NCBI GenBank assembly: GCA_964658305.1
Contig: OZ210885.1
Location: 3,782,001-3,846,000, forward strand
Length of the DNA: 64,000 nucleotides
From: Leptogorgia sarmentosa
Taxonomy: Eukaryota
Direction of reading: 5' to 3'
Part shown: positions 13,424 through 27,363 of the stretch, one piece after another
Numbering within the stretch: the stretch's first letter is position 1
Layout of the letters: every line of letters begins with the position of its first letter
The notes under the pieces: generated by a model
Told to the model about the DNA's origin: nothing
What the model saw: the letters and a program-made list of their open reading frames with translations, nothing else
The model's database searches: none
Program-made: the position numbers and the translations under genes

Positions 13424-13686
13424 CGCTGCTTTCCAATAGCTGCCAATTTTCAAGTAATACTAACTTGAAAGTAAATACTTTTTCTATAAAAAAAATTGGA
13501 ATCTCTACAGTAAAGTATAGTAGAGAAGCAAGGTGCGAATAATTTACACACATTGGGTGCTTGCGTTTTAGTTTTTACGCAAGCAGAGCCTTCAGCGATT
13601 ATCCAAAATATCGTAAAGCCCGTTTCCAAAATTATTGTTTTTTCCTCTGTTCGCGCGAACAAATTCGCCTAGTGGAAACAGGCTAA

Positions 13687-13888
13687 AGCCCTGGATAAAC
13701 CAGGAAACATTGTTGCGGAGACATTGTTTCATTTGTTTGCTTCCATTGCTTTTCCATGTTTTTCCAGTGCGGGAAAACTAGGAAACATTGCTGAGGAAAC
13801 ATTGCTATGGAAACATTTGGGATCTGGAAGCTGATCTGAGGAACAAATTTTGTTTCCGCAACAATGTTTCCTAGTTTTGCCCAGGGCT
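13687..13888. mobile_element. PIF/Harbinger-like MITE
   Basis: TIR AGCCCTGGATAAACCAGGAAACATTGTTGCGGA / TCCGCAACAATGTTTCCTAGTTTTGCCCAGGGCT; TAA/TTA flanks. Confidence 0.75.
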
Positions 13889-15782
13889 TTACAGTCACTC
13901 GGGAAGAATTACGTAGTCATAGCGATAATGTGTCAAGACTCTGAATTAAGAATACTTGCACGTTCAGTAATAGGGACTATACAACTGTACATATTATATT
14001 GTTTTCTAGAATCCAGTATTATAAAGTGAAGGCTACATTTTCGTCCAACAAAATGTTTTATTTAACAAAAATTGTGCTGAGCAAGAACGCCCACAATTTG
14101 TTTTTATTAAAAATGACAACGGGCTAAATAATCAAGGGCATTCAATAGCAATTGTTGCGGTATGCAAATTAATTATTGACTTTTCATTCAACTTTTTGTT
14201 TACCAGTTTAAATCTAAATAAGAACAAAATGTCGATCTTTTGGACTTATCCACCGTTTAAGCTAAACGGGCTACGAACTGGTTTTAAAATGATAGTTTCT
14301 GATTATTATTCAGCTCATATATATGTTAATGAGACAAATATTAATTTATTTTGCAATTTTGTGAACTCTTATTAAAATAATGAAAAATGATAATTCTCTG
14401 TTTTCACAGTTGACAATAAATTAAACTACATGGCAAAAACCGTCCTCAAAATACAAAAAGGTTTCAAGAATGCTTGTTTATCTCCAATTATTTTGCTAAA
14501 AGGCCCGGCCGTACAACTTTCACAGGTTTTTCATGGAAATGTAACACATTTCTTCTACTATAGTCCTTCCGCTATTTTGGTCATTTAGCCTTTAATGATA
14601 TTGATACCGGGTTCCAATAAAGTATCTAATATTATGATTTTTTTGTAGTACTATACTAAACAGAAATAACTGGCATTAAATATAGAAGGAAGAGTAACTT
14701 ATTTTGATATATAATATAGTTTTATTTCACTAAAATATCATGGAGGATATTATTATTTAACATCGGTAGCAAATTTCTTAATATTGGGTTTAAAATTAGT
14801 GAAAATTGACATATCAAATCCCAATCAAGCTTTGCTCAACTGAAACGCATGCAGTCACACTATCACCAGTAAAGAAATTTAGACATTTTAACATTTACAC
14901 TAGCTGAAGCACCACAGATTATTTACTATGAATCGGAATGTTATTATTTACAGATCACAAGTAGATTTATTTGCCGAAATCAGGAACTCAATTTTGACTG
15001 CCAATGATCCATAACTGTTTCGAGATTGCCGTATAATTTTCCTCTAGACTGAAGTATAGAAAAATCTGCAGACCTTATCAACTATCTGAGTTCGAATACA
15101 TAAGTATTCAAATAGCCACATGCGAGCAACAAAACAACTGCTAAGGGATAGCAGTTTGGAATTAATACGAGACATTTGGGCATGTTTTCGCTTTCACTAA
15201 AATAACTACACGCAAAAAAAAACGAAAATGAAACTATAAACTCACCAATGTTAGATTTTTCACAGTAAATTTATAACAAGTAACAGCTTTGTTCTGTTCA
15301 GTATGAAGCAGGTGGTAAATGAAGGCGATGTTTTATGAACTACTCTACATGACAGTGAATTAAGGCCCAGTCCACACATATCCGGATAAATATGAAAACG
15401 CATAAATATTTATATGGTTACGGGTTCGCCCACAGAATTTGAAAAATATATTGAAAAATATAAATTTGAAAACGCTCTCCAGAGTGGTTAAATTTGAAAA
15501 CGCCGGAAGTGAATCAGTGTGGACGCCTTATACAGATACTGTGAAAAGGATTTGAAAACGATGACGAATTCGAATCCAGTGCAACGCGTGCTCTCGGTTT
15601 CGGTATAGTAGCGAGCTTAAAGGCCGTATTCTACTTCAAGCGTATCATAACGTAACGGAGCATTTTCTTTTGTGTCGAAGTCAGTAGATCCACTTCACTG
15701 CCCAGGAAACAATGACAGAAGGCATGTTATGGCACGATTCAGCCGAAGTTGAAAACAGAGAGATGGCCGTATACGACGTTGC

Positions 15783-16134
15783 CGACGCAAATTTTCCGTT
15801 TCGTAAACCGCCAGGGTCACCAGTTACAATCAGTGTCACCACTTTTAACATACGTCACATCCGGCTTTAAATTTAGTGATACATGAAGTCCATTTATTCT
15901 TATAAATTAAACTAAACCCAAACGCTAAAGCTAACCCTAACCTTATAACAGTCTAACTCTAAACACTAAAAGCAGTTTAGGGTTTTAAAAAAATGTTTTC
16001 AAATTTTTCCAAAAAGAAATAAATCGAAAGTTATGCAAGTGAAAGCAATCTTCGCCCGGCTCCGCTTAAGCTACGTCGAGTACAGCACCCATACCAAACA
16101 CGCTGGTTGTTTACGAAACGGAAAATAGCGTCGC
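15783..16134. mobile_element. Non-autonomous inverted-repeat element
   Basis: Inverted repeat CGACGCAAATTTTCCGTTTCGTAAAC / GTTTACGAAACGGAAAATAGCGTCG enclosing CTAACC-like repeats. Confidence 0.5.
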
Positions 16135-18051
16135 CGATCCGAAATGAATTATCTCAATTTTAATGTAATTAAACAATCTTGTCATATCTGACACCAACAT
16201 AGCTAATTATACATATGGGTCAGTAAAACGATTCTTGCTATGTTTAGAGTTATCTAGAAATGGTTTACTCGGTTTTCGCTTAATAGTTAGTCGAGTTTCC
16301 CTTAATATGTATCTAGCTACTACTCAAAAGGTTTGAAAAATTCAAACGTGTAGTCAGTTTACTTGCTTGGATATACCCATGTTGAATAATGAGTGTATGT
16401 CATGAGTATATCCTCAAGTTTTAATTTTGGCAAAATTTATTACACGATATCATATTCGGCAATCATATTTCTGCTGTGAAGCATTGTATCCACCTCATAT
16501 AGATATAGTGTGTATATTTTATGGAAATAGTATACAATAATATATGCTGTGGCTGTCGGAACTATAGCTACACCTAAAAACAGAAAGAATCGATTATTTT
16601 GTAATCATCAATATTATTGGATTAATCTAATCCAGAATAAAAATCTGAAACATTTGTCAAACCTTGTGGGGATTTTTCGGAAATAGTTGTCGATATTCGT
16701 GGCAACTTGTGGGTTTCCCGATTGCCGATATTTCAAAACACTTGAGAATCGTGAGAATTTCATTCAGAAAAGGATGAAACTTTACGTATAGTTGTTATAT
16801 TCGCTACGTGAACATAAGGCTAGGAATCTGAACGCAATTAACAGCCAGGCATCCTCAGTGACGTCGTTGCCGGGGGGCAGGGGAGGCATGCTCCCCTCCT
16901 AGAATTCCCCTAGAATTTGAGGCTTGTATGAAATTTTTTGAAATTTAATGGTTGTCGGAAAACTAGTCGATCATCTTCTCAGAATTATTGCTTTTGTTTG
17001 GTGATATTAAGTCACGTTGGCGTGCACCTCGTATTTTTATGTAGTATCCACTTCTGGCAGGATCATGAAATAGCTGTTTCCGGGGATGAATGTTCAAAAA
17101 TTTCTCGCTCAGCGCCAACCAAGGTGGCGCCTCCTGGCTCGCGAGATTCCAGCTCCCCAACCACCTAAATAGTCGGGCAATTTCTACTTAAAAGTCGGGC
17201 AACATCCTGTTAATTGAAATTCCTGACATTTTTTCTCTGTTTTTCACAGGCTCCATGCACAAAATCTCGCCTCAAATGGGAAAATTGGAGCTCCAATTTT
17301 CAAAATTTTCCCGTATACCTCCAGACCCCCAACAGGTCACCGCGGTTTTAGTGTTTATCGGGCAAACTGAAGTCTGCCCCGTAACATGCCCCATGCATGA
17401 TGCATGCATTGTTAGTATGGCGAGCGAGGGGGTGCTGCATGTATGTATTTCTAGTTATAAAATGCGGAACTGCAGTCATCGACCAATCATGGAAAGCCAG
17501 CTATATCATCACTCTCAACGACTTGGCAACACGCAACAAAGACGGATCAATCAACCGGATGTTGAAAATCTATCGAAGCGAAACTCGCACGTACATATAA
17601 TCAAGACCCAGCTTCAAGAAAAATAGGGTTAACCTGCCAAACCAGTGTAACGTCGGTCACGAGGACTAAATACGCTGCAATTGACGAGAAATCGGCTAGG
17701 AGAGTGAACTGTAGCCAGGTTAGTCGATTGTATAATATCACGTAATCTTAAGCATATACAAGATGCTTGCTAAGGAGCACTTTAACTCTCTACTGATTGC
17801 TAGTACTTCTTGAGAAGCTTAAATTTAACTGCTTATATATACACACCAGCTTGAAAAGCCCCAGCGGAGCTTTATCCCTATACAGTCATAAATCACATTT
17901 GCTGATTTGTTCCTATCGATGTGAAGTATTACTACTACTAGAATTATTTATGTATGTTGTATAAAATGAGTCAAACGAGTACTCGATTGGGTACAACTGT
18001 TTTATTTTGATCGAGTACTCCAAAATAACACGCATGCCGCTAGCGGTCCTG

Positions 18052-18282
18052 GGGTCGGTTGTTCGTAGCCCGTTTAGCTTAAACGGCGGATAAGTCCAAT
18101 TTAAATTACACTCCCGTTCATCTTGTGAATAACTGAGCATGAATTTTAAACACTAAATATGTATTTGTGTACACAAGTGTTCTTTTCAGATTGAAAATTT
18201 TTATTTTGATTGTTCAATAGACGTGTTTGATATTTTGGACTTATCCACCGTTTAGGCTAAACGGGCTACGAACAACCGGCCC
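18052..18282. mobile_element. Harbinger-like MITE (same family as 11822-12044)
   Basis: TIR GGGTCGGTTGTTCGTAGCCCGTTTAGC / GCTAAACGGGCTACGAACAACCGGCCC; TSD CTG. Confidence 0.8.
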
Positions 18283-21165
18283 CTGTTTTGAATGAATTGA
18301 GCCGAGAAAGCGAACAGCCGTTTAGGTTCAAACAGGTAATGGCCTTCGATCGAGTTTCCCCCGAATTAAAGTTTACAGGCTTACAGCTGTTATAAAAGTG
18401 AACTTGTAGGCGTATAAAAAAGGTATATTATAATTAATTTTGTTATAAAATATAAAAGAGATCATCAGATATAATGTGTATATGCGACTCAAAGTTAAAA
18501 AGAAAGCACGTGACAGTTGAATAAATTAATGTGAAACAGTTGAATAAATATATGTATTGTGTCACAGAGGTGCACATGTATTGTCACATTGAATAGTGTT
18601 AATCGCGACAGGTTATTTCAATATTTGTTGCCTATGTCAATGCAATAATTAAGGTGTTGACAAACGGATTACTAAATTAGAAGAACAGACACATTCATGG
18701 TATGAGTGACAGTTTCGATAAAATGCATTAGAGAGTGCATTAGTTCGATATAATCCATGTATAGGGAAGTTTACTTTGTAAAAATATTAAAGCCTGGTCC
18801 CCAAGGTTGTAAAATCGGTTACTGAGCAAAACATATGCAACAGTGTTTGTAAACCTGCTCCAGTAGCTGCATGGGTATTGTCCTGTCCAGGGAGTATAAA
18901 AAGAGCAATCCTCTCAGCTAAGTTAAATGATTTCCAAGACTGAGTTGAAGAGTGAGAACCTTGCAGTGAAGCTATGGTCAAGCTACCCTTCAAGAGAAGA
19001 GCAACGGAAGCCTGGATGTAGAAGGTTCTGAAGAAATAAAATCTATTACACGATCCGTGGCTCGTCTATAATTTGGGTAGCAATAAGGCTACGACAACAT
19101 AGGCTAGCCGTTTTAACTCAAGTTACTAAAAAGCATTAAAATATATTATTGTAAAAGAGAAAATATGAACAAGCCAGCGCCGGTTGTTCGTAGCCCGTTT
19201 AGCTTAAACGGCGGATTATTAATAATTCAAAATTACGCTCCCGTTGATCTTGTGAATGACTCGGAACATAAATTTTAAACACTAAATAGACTTCTTTGAT
19301 ATTTTGGACTTATCCATCGTCTAAACGGGCTACGAACAACCAATCTCCAGCTAGGATACTGTCGCGAAAGTTACGAAAGTAAAACATAAAAAGATTAATT
19401 ATCAGTGGTTAAAAATGCATAGATATTTGTGGGCAAACATGTTGTTTGTGCCAAAGCAAGAAGTTGTTTGTACAGATATACGCTTAGGAAATGAGATAAA
19501 ACAATGTCAAATAGCTTATGCTGGAACGCGCGCCTTGGCAGCTTAAATAGGTTGTTTGTGCCAAATAGTTAGAAAAACGTTATTATAAAAGAATGAGAAA
19601 AATTTAGATTGGGGATCGAGATGAAAGTCAGAGAGACGCAAAACGTTGAATTTGATTTGTGATAGATTGCAAACAATATATAGGCTTATGTTTGTAACGC
19701 AATTTATATAATAAAGAATTTAAACCGAAAGATACAGGCCTGAAATAAAGACCAGTGTGTGCAAACTTCCGTGATTGCGACCTTGGGTAAAGTTTGCGAA
19801 AGATACTAATCAGATACATATTTTCAACTTCCTGTTCGATGATAACTTTTTTTACTCTGAATATTATTTTTCTCATAAAAATTGTACCATTAGAATCTTT
19901 GTATAATCGTATCTGATATACCGTTCAAACTGGTAGATTCCGTCAAATGGGCTTCACCGACGCGAATTCAGAAATTAAATGCCGAACTTACATTTTGATA
20001 TATGACACGATGATATTCGAGCAATATTGAATGAGATATTGTGATCTCATTTTCAAAACGTGTACGTGATCAAAAATGTAAACAAACGAAAGTTCGTACT
20101 ACGGGTCACGCAAGCACGCATACTATATAGCATATAGTAAGCATGGTCGCAACTAAACGATTAGAGCCCACAGCTTTTGAAGAGAAATAAGAACAATGAG
20201 CCAGTAAAATTTTACCATTTTCCTGGTCCGTGTAGTCACTTGAGTGATAATTTTAATACCAAAGGCAGTGAAAAAGTAAAATATTATAGGAAAGCAAAAT
20301 TATATGTATCGAAAATTGCGGCAGCTATACAGAATTTTTTATAGGCTAAGCGATTTGAAAGGAAGCGATGTACTTCGGTGAAAAGTGCTTTTCAAAGACT
20401 TCCCAAAGAAAGCGACGTGCTTTTGAAAAAGATTAGCAAAAGCCCTACTAGATTTGGCTGATAAAGCAAATCATCTGTACACAGAACGGTCGTCGGAACT
20501 CGGAGGAAATGCCCGCTAACAGTAACACCATGATCGGCCTATCAAATTAACATATAATTGTGTGTTTCACTGCACAAAGTGTCTTAAATCACCCTGCATT
20601 TCTCCGTCAGTGAACACATTCATGTTTTGAATTTGCCATATTAACGGGGTGATTTCTTACATGGCCGTTCGCCGTATTAACGGGGTGGCCGTAAGGTTTG
20701 GCGTTCCACTATACCATACAATAAATAAGATTTTAACCGAAGGACTTTGATATTGTACGTCCCGTTAAGTTCCGGTGAACGTCCCGTTCCCACTTCTCAC
20801 GGGAAACCGAAAGGGAAATTCAACATACGGGATGAAAAATATAATTTTTATACCGCTTATATACCTCAGTGTTCATGACGCGTTGGGATGAACCGGAAGT
20901 AGCCTTTCTCCTGACCCAAACACATTCGAATAATGCACCCTAGATAACAATCTTGCACGATAGCCCCTTCAAGTCCTTTCAAGATGCTATTTAAAATATG
21001 TATTATTTAGTGTTTAAAATGGTGTGTCTCTGAAATGTGTTTATTATGTATTAGTTTGTTTCTTATAGTCTAGGCGTAATTAATCAAAAGTACTCGAAAA
21101 GAAATCGATTGCAAAAGTCCCACTACCCGGTATAGCGTGTTTTTCACGTGTTTTAGACACTGAGC

Positions 21166-21173
21166 TATATAAA
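21166..21173 (+). promoter_or_regulatory. Candidate TATA box for the LAAO-like gene
   Basis: TATATAAA about 130 bp upstream of the ATG at 21299; supported by position only. Confidence 0.3.
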
Positions 21174-21298
21174 TCGTGCTCTTGACTCCCGAGCAAATTG
21201 TCGGGTTGGCTTCGCCACTGACTAAAGCTGGCCCCTCTTGAGTTTCACTTTTATAATCAATCTTTACACTTTTTTTATAGATTACTTAGCCGAACAAG

Positions 21299-24200
21299 AT
21301 GGCAACCTCCTACCTGTTGAATCATAAAAATCTTTCAAAAGGTGTCAAGCCCTACAAGAAGCGAATGCGAGAGGGAAATGGTGTCATTCAGCAAAGCGAT
21401 TACCTTAGGAAATTTTTGGAGAAAATTCGGACAGAAGGATTAGCTGCGGCCTATAAGCAGTATGGTGACAAACCACCTGACCCTAATGTTCATCACAGTG
21501 GTGCCCCGTCTGAAGCAGAAACGTTCATACCTGAGTGTGACTATGACGTCATTATTGTTGGGGCAGGTATGGCTGGTATCTCTGCAGCATACGAGTTAAA
21601 GAGAGCAGGATTTTCTGTAAAAATCCTAGAGCAGACAGACCGTTACGGTGGAAGGGTGTACACTTACGGTGGCGAGAAAGACCATCTTGCACCTGGTCTA
21701 TATGGCGAAGGTACATGTTGCTACATGACGATTTATAGACATTACAGTGTTTTTTATTAAAATAGCCTTTTAAAAACACGAGCCAACGTTGATTGGTCGA
21801 AAGTTCAAAAAACCAATGTCTGTATAACACGATCGAAACACGAAAATTTTTGCGTGGGTTGCGCGGGAATTTTAGAAAAACAAAATTAATATTCTAATGA
21901 ATGTAATTAAAAATCAATAAATTTCTCTCTTTGGTTGTTTTTAATAGTTGCATGTTATTTTGACGGAGATAATCTGTGTTTGAATTTACATGCGACATTA
22001 GGTTTAATTAAATGTGTGTAACATACGACTTTATGGGAGTCTGAGGGAAAGCTAATGTGCAATTTTGTGAATTATTCTCCGACAAGACTTCTATTTACTG
22101 AGGTTTACAGCATGCAGTTTCAAGCAATTCGCGACAACCTGACGCAAAATGTTTGACAGCAATTGCTGTTTTTGAGAATTGGGCGCGGACGCCAATTCGA
22201 CAATACGGCTGAGTCTCTGCTTGTTTCAGGAGAAAATGGGATTGTCTTACTTATCTGTTTATTATGAATAGTTTATTACTCTCAATTTACATTTGGCTGC
22301 TTTCTGGTTATCATGTTTTTAGGCACTTTAACCGCCTAAAGATTGACGTTTGTAACGATTGACATTTTGTTTACTTTCCAGCTGGTGCCATGAGATTACC
22401 AGGTGGTGTTGATGATCCAAATAAACCACATTTTCTAGCCGATGGTTATATCACACAGTTTGGGTTAAAAATCAAACCATTTTTAAATTTCGATCCAAAT
22501 ACACTAACTCATATTTATGGTTATCCGACAACAGTAACCAGTGGTATGTATGTTCTTTTGATGTTTGAAACACAGCCCAAAAAGTATGTAGATAAGATAA
22601 ATAACGTCAAAACGTGAATATTTAAGTACATTATAGTATTGAAAAACTCGTAGAGTAATATAAAATAATTGAAGTAACATATAATAATATAATTATTATT
22701 ATAGTAAAGTGAAGTGAAGTGAGAAGAATTTGAAGGAGGTGGGATTGGGGAGGAATAATTGTTTGTATGAAATAACTAGAATGATTCGTATACGTAAAAT
22801 GTGGGCTATAAAATACAAGTGAATCTCACATGTACAGTAACACAAATTGTTGCTACGGAAAACAACAAACAAGAGTTTCTCCTATTTATGGAAAAGAAAT
22901 CAACGTGGTTTTGCCGTGCCGGTTAGCGTCATCCATGTATTTGGATGTGACTTGAGTTTGGGAAGTAATAGTCACTCGCCTTCCGCTTACGGGCTATCTA
23001 TAAACAATCACAAACATTTCTTCATATCTTCTTCAGATTGGGAGAGCCTGTATTTTGATGAAGTTTGGCCCAATTGGAAGAACAACATTAGCGAGGAGAT
23101 CAATATTCCAGATATAGGTAAAAGCGAGTAGCGTAGAATAGGGTAAAATACGAGTACAGAATGAATTATTAACATCAATGTTGACGGAGAAAAATAAGGA
23201 TTCTGTGAGACCTTGATATTGTCCCGCCTCTGGTTAAGTCCCGGTGAACTTTTCCCTTCCCGGTGAACTTTCCCCTTCCCGTTTCCACGTAAAGGGAAAT
23301 TCAACATGCGGGATGAAGAACGTCCCAACTCGGAAAACGTCCCGTCCCGCCTTTAATGAAAACAGGGTTTTGGATAATCATCTGGAAATTCTGAGAGTAG
23401 AAAAGAATTGATTATAAGTAACTAGATATTTTGAACCTTTGTTTAGGTACCTATTACAACAAAACAACCGAAGTTGTCATCAACCAATTGAAAAAGAAGT
23501 TACAGAAAATACCTGAACATAAAGGAAAAATTGCCGAGGAAATCAAAGTTTGGAATGACTGGATCAACACCTGGAGTCAGTTCACATTAGAAAGATTTCT
23601 CCTGAGCACTTACGATGTAATTATGGCAATGGTCCCTGACTGGGAAGATCCTTCAGATCCGGATATCCTTAAGAAACTTTTGCCTTGGCACAACGATGCC
23701 TTGCGAGGTTTCTCTGTGTTTAACTACGCTGGGACACTTGACAACTCTCTGGTGGGGCATCTTCGTGATGACATGGGTGAATGGGGATCAGATAACGTGC
23801 ATACTTTGGAGGGCGGAATGCACAGTTTGGCCGATGCTTTTTTCAGTACAGGTATTCTAAATGAAAATGACCTTCAAACCAACGCGCAAGTGTTCAAGAT
23901 TAAGTACTCTTCACTACCTTCGTCACCCAATGAAGACATGGTTGAGGTTTCGTGCTATGCAAATGATTATTACCCCGAGGAGCACAAATACACAGCAAAG
24001 GTACGTTTATTAAACTGTCATATTGACCTCAGTTTAAGTTTAATAAACTATACTCCATGATCTCATTTACTATAGGCTGTGATTCTTACCACAGCAGTGA
24101 ATATACTACGACAAATCAAGTTTGAACCACTTGTTTCTGAGAAAAATCAGAAACAAAAACAACGAAAAGCGTTCCAAGCCATTGAAGACATCTTCACCAC

Positions 24201-25388
24201 AACGTCGACCAAGATAATTTTGCAAACCAAAACAAGATTTTGGGAAAACCAAGGAATCCAAGGTGGTTTCTCTAGAACAAACCTCCCCATTGGTCAAATA
24301 CATTACGTCAAACCTGATCCCGGATTTGACTCCACCAATCAAGGAATACTAATGATTTACACGTGGATGAATGAAGCAATGATTTTTGGCTCCTTAACAG
24401 AAGATCAGGTCAGACAGGAGGTAATTGATCAAATCGCAGAAATCCACCCGGAAATCAAGGAAGATGGTATGGTTGAAACTTGTATTGTTCATGCTTGGCA
24501 CAACCAGCCCTCTTATCAAGGTGCCTATGTTCTTCTGAAGACAAATCAGTATCAGAACATCAGGTAGGAGTTTTATAAAATCTCATCGAGTGATGCATTT
24601 CTAAAGTTCAAGTTAAGGCAGTTTTCTAATGCAGTCGCTTTGCCCGCGCGAGTGGAGCGAATATGTCTCAACTTTTGCTATAGCTGTCAAATCTGAGCGT
24701 TCTCTGTCTACTATATACATTCAACTTAAACTACATTCAACTTTCCTGGCGTGCCCGCGCAATTGATTTCTCCGCCCCATTGGGCGAAGCGAATGCAACA
24801 TGCCTAGTTTGTTTTTGTTGGTTCGAACTGCGAATTTGGACTGATTTTAGCAATAGGTTCCCAAACCCTAACACCTATATTAAGTATACTATAAGTAAAA
24901 TAAGCATGCAGCCTAAAATGCAACATTTATAATTAAGGCATTTTATTAAAATATTTAGCTTGCTCATTATATTTGCTGTCCCGCAAAACATCAATCAGTC
25001 CCAGTCCTTTGTCTGTTTGATAAATGGCTGATGCGTGCTTTCTGCTTACTGAAAGACAAGCGGAAGGCAGTTAGTCAATTTCAGAGTTGCAACAAGCTAT
25101 TATACCCATCAGTCTGTTGCGAATCACGAATATTAACAACCGTGACAATTTAATAAGATTCGCATAATAATTTTTGTGTTTAGATTCCTATGGGAACCAA
25201 TGGGAAATGTATATTTTGCTGGTGATACCATATCACTTGCTGCTGGTTGGGTACAAGGTGCCTTGGAAAGTGGCCTCAGAGCCGCCTATCAAGTTTACGA
25301 GCGCCACCCGAAGACATCCGTACAGAAGTTATCAAAATTAGAGAAACTGCAAAATTTGGTTGCGAAATGTTGTAATACTGAAATATAA
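21299..25388 (+). CDS. L-amino-acid oxidase-like flavin amine oxidase, about 633 aa; exons 21299-21710, 22382-22543, 23037-23117, 23447-24000, 24076-24563, 25184-25388
   Basis: Dinucleotide-binding [20 protein letters not shown] (GG motif), EAGAMRLP reconstructed across intron 1, LEGGMHSL, and C-terminal VYFAGD...[10 protein letters not shown]. All introns are GT-AG, and exons sum to 1902 nt in frame. Confidence 0.92.
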
Positions 25389-25615
25389 CTATGTGATCTT
25401 GGTAAATCACGATATTTTACTCGACCTCGTCCAATAATTGATAAATAATAACTACTCAGTTTACAAGTTATTTACAAACTATTCAGAAGTATAATTGCCA
25501 TGGATTTACAAGCAATCTACAAATAATTTACAAATTGATGCATTCTCAATTTACAGAGTATGTCAATGTACATTTAGTGTGTAAAAGTGTGTAAATGCAT
25601 GAATTTACAGTCTAT

Positions 25616-25688
25616 TTACAAGCTACTTACAAATTATTACTAATTATTTACAAGCTACTTACAAATTATTACTGATTATATACAAGCT
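25616..25688. repeat. 33-bp tandem minisatellite with degenerate TTTACAA(G/A) units extending upstream to about 25460
   Basis: TTTACAAGCTACTTACAAATTATTACT(A/G)ATTAT repeated about 2.2 times. Confidence 0.7.
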
Positions 25689-27363
25689 GTAGCGACGTAT
25701 ACGTAGAAATTTAATAGTACAAACTTGGTTTCAGGATTCAATTGTATTTTAATCTGAAACTAAATAACCCAAATAATGGTTTACTCGATATGTATATAAA
25801 ATGTCTAATGTTCGATAATAAGTGTCACTTACACTTGTCCTAGATTATACAACGGCTACTGCATTATTAATAACAACATATAAACTCATAAATATCACAG
25901 AGGATATATCATACAGAGATATAACTGATGTAAATCAATATGAAAAAACTCGCATTTTCACGTACCCACTTTTTTTTCAATGCGATCGGCAAAAAATGAT
26001 CAACTGCGCATTGTTGGCAAGTTTAAATTTAGTCGTCATCAGGTCGTCATCCAATCAGATGCACGCATCTGGTAACTTGCCGAGCATGCGCACAAAAATA
26101 GTGGGTGCAACAGTTACATCTCTGTAAGATATATATACTCTGCGTAAATATCTTTGTCTTCGGTCTTACAAAAATGGCGTGCTTCTGTGTGAGCATAATG
26201 GTGAGCATGGTTTTCCGACTTGTTCCGAAACATTTCCGATAGTGTCTGATACTCAACGAAACACAAGCTATTTACTCGGGTTACCGTAGGTAGACCGAGT
26301 TTAAAAATGGCTTCGATTTCTTTTTTTCGGTCGCGAGTTTGCAAAAAACACGCGTGGGCGACACGAAGTCCTTGAACCAATGAAAACCTTCGTTGAATCG
26401 CAGAGGAGGTTGGACAGCAGACCGCAAAGCATCATGGGTAATGAGCGTCTAATTACAAGTGCGGCCTCATTCATACTTTGACTGCCGCGATGTAAACATC
26501 TCTGGTCCAATTAATAAATGGACGCGTTTTGAGTTTGACTTCGATTCTTCTTGAAAATAGCGTGGTAAAACTTTATTGTTGTGATCCTTACGATGGTTGC
26601 TGTTTATTATTCCAAGTTTACCGTTTTTAAATTGCCTGGCTCTCTTGGTAACCGTCTTTATATATTGCCGAGTCGCCATGTATGATCAAAATATTAAACA
26701 GTATTCCAGGTTGGTATATCAATATTTAAACTACAATGCATTTATTTTAATATATATATATTATTTATTTTTTAGTTTGTATGGCTGTATAAATTTTCCT
26801 TTGTATCAGACTATCAGATGGTGAATTTCATTATTTCATCTATTCATTCTATTGCTTACATAATATTCCTGAATTGCATGTAACTGGGTTACATGTAACT
26901 TAGGAATTCTAATTTTGAGAAAAGGATTTTCTGTTGTGATTTTGTAGAAAGAAATTTGCTTAGACATATAATGGTTGGCTGATTTTGAAGTTGGGCAAGA
27001 TGGCAATGACCAGTTAGAAATTAACTGTTACAAATAACTATTAACCTCGATGTTTTTCAATCGAATATAATCGAAGCGAATATAATTGCTTCTGATTCAA
27101 TATTTGATATTTCCTCAAATTTCATAGCGACAGGACTTTTTAACTCATCAGGTTCATATGGCTTCCAAAATTTACTTTCTGACACAGTTCTATGTACTTT
27201 CAAAAACTGAAAAATCGCGTCGCGTTACTTAATCGCGTCTGGTCTGTGTGAACCTTTAATTGACAACATTGTCAACAACAACCAGCGCCACGTGGTTACC
27301 ACCACGCACGCAGTATTATCTTGTTTTATTTCGAATTCACGAATGGCCCTTTCTACACAAGCA

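Noticed and set aside
1007..27259. TTAA-flanked inverted ends near 1007-1060 and 27200-27259 as one giant transposon
   Set aside because: The ends are diverged, the left one lies inside another MITE, and the interval holds ordinary host genes; independent fragments of one family are more likely.
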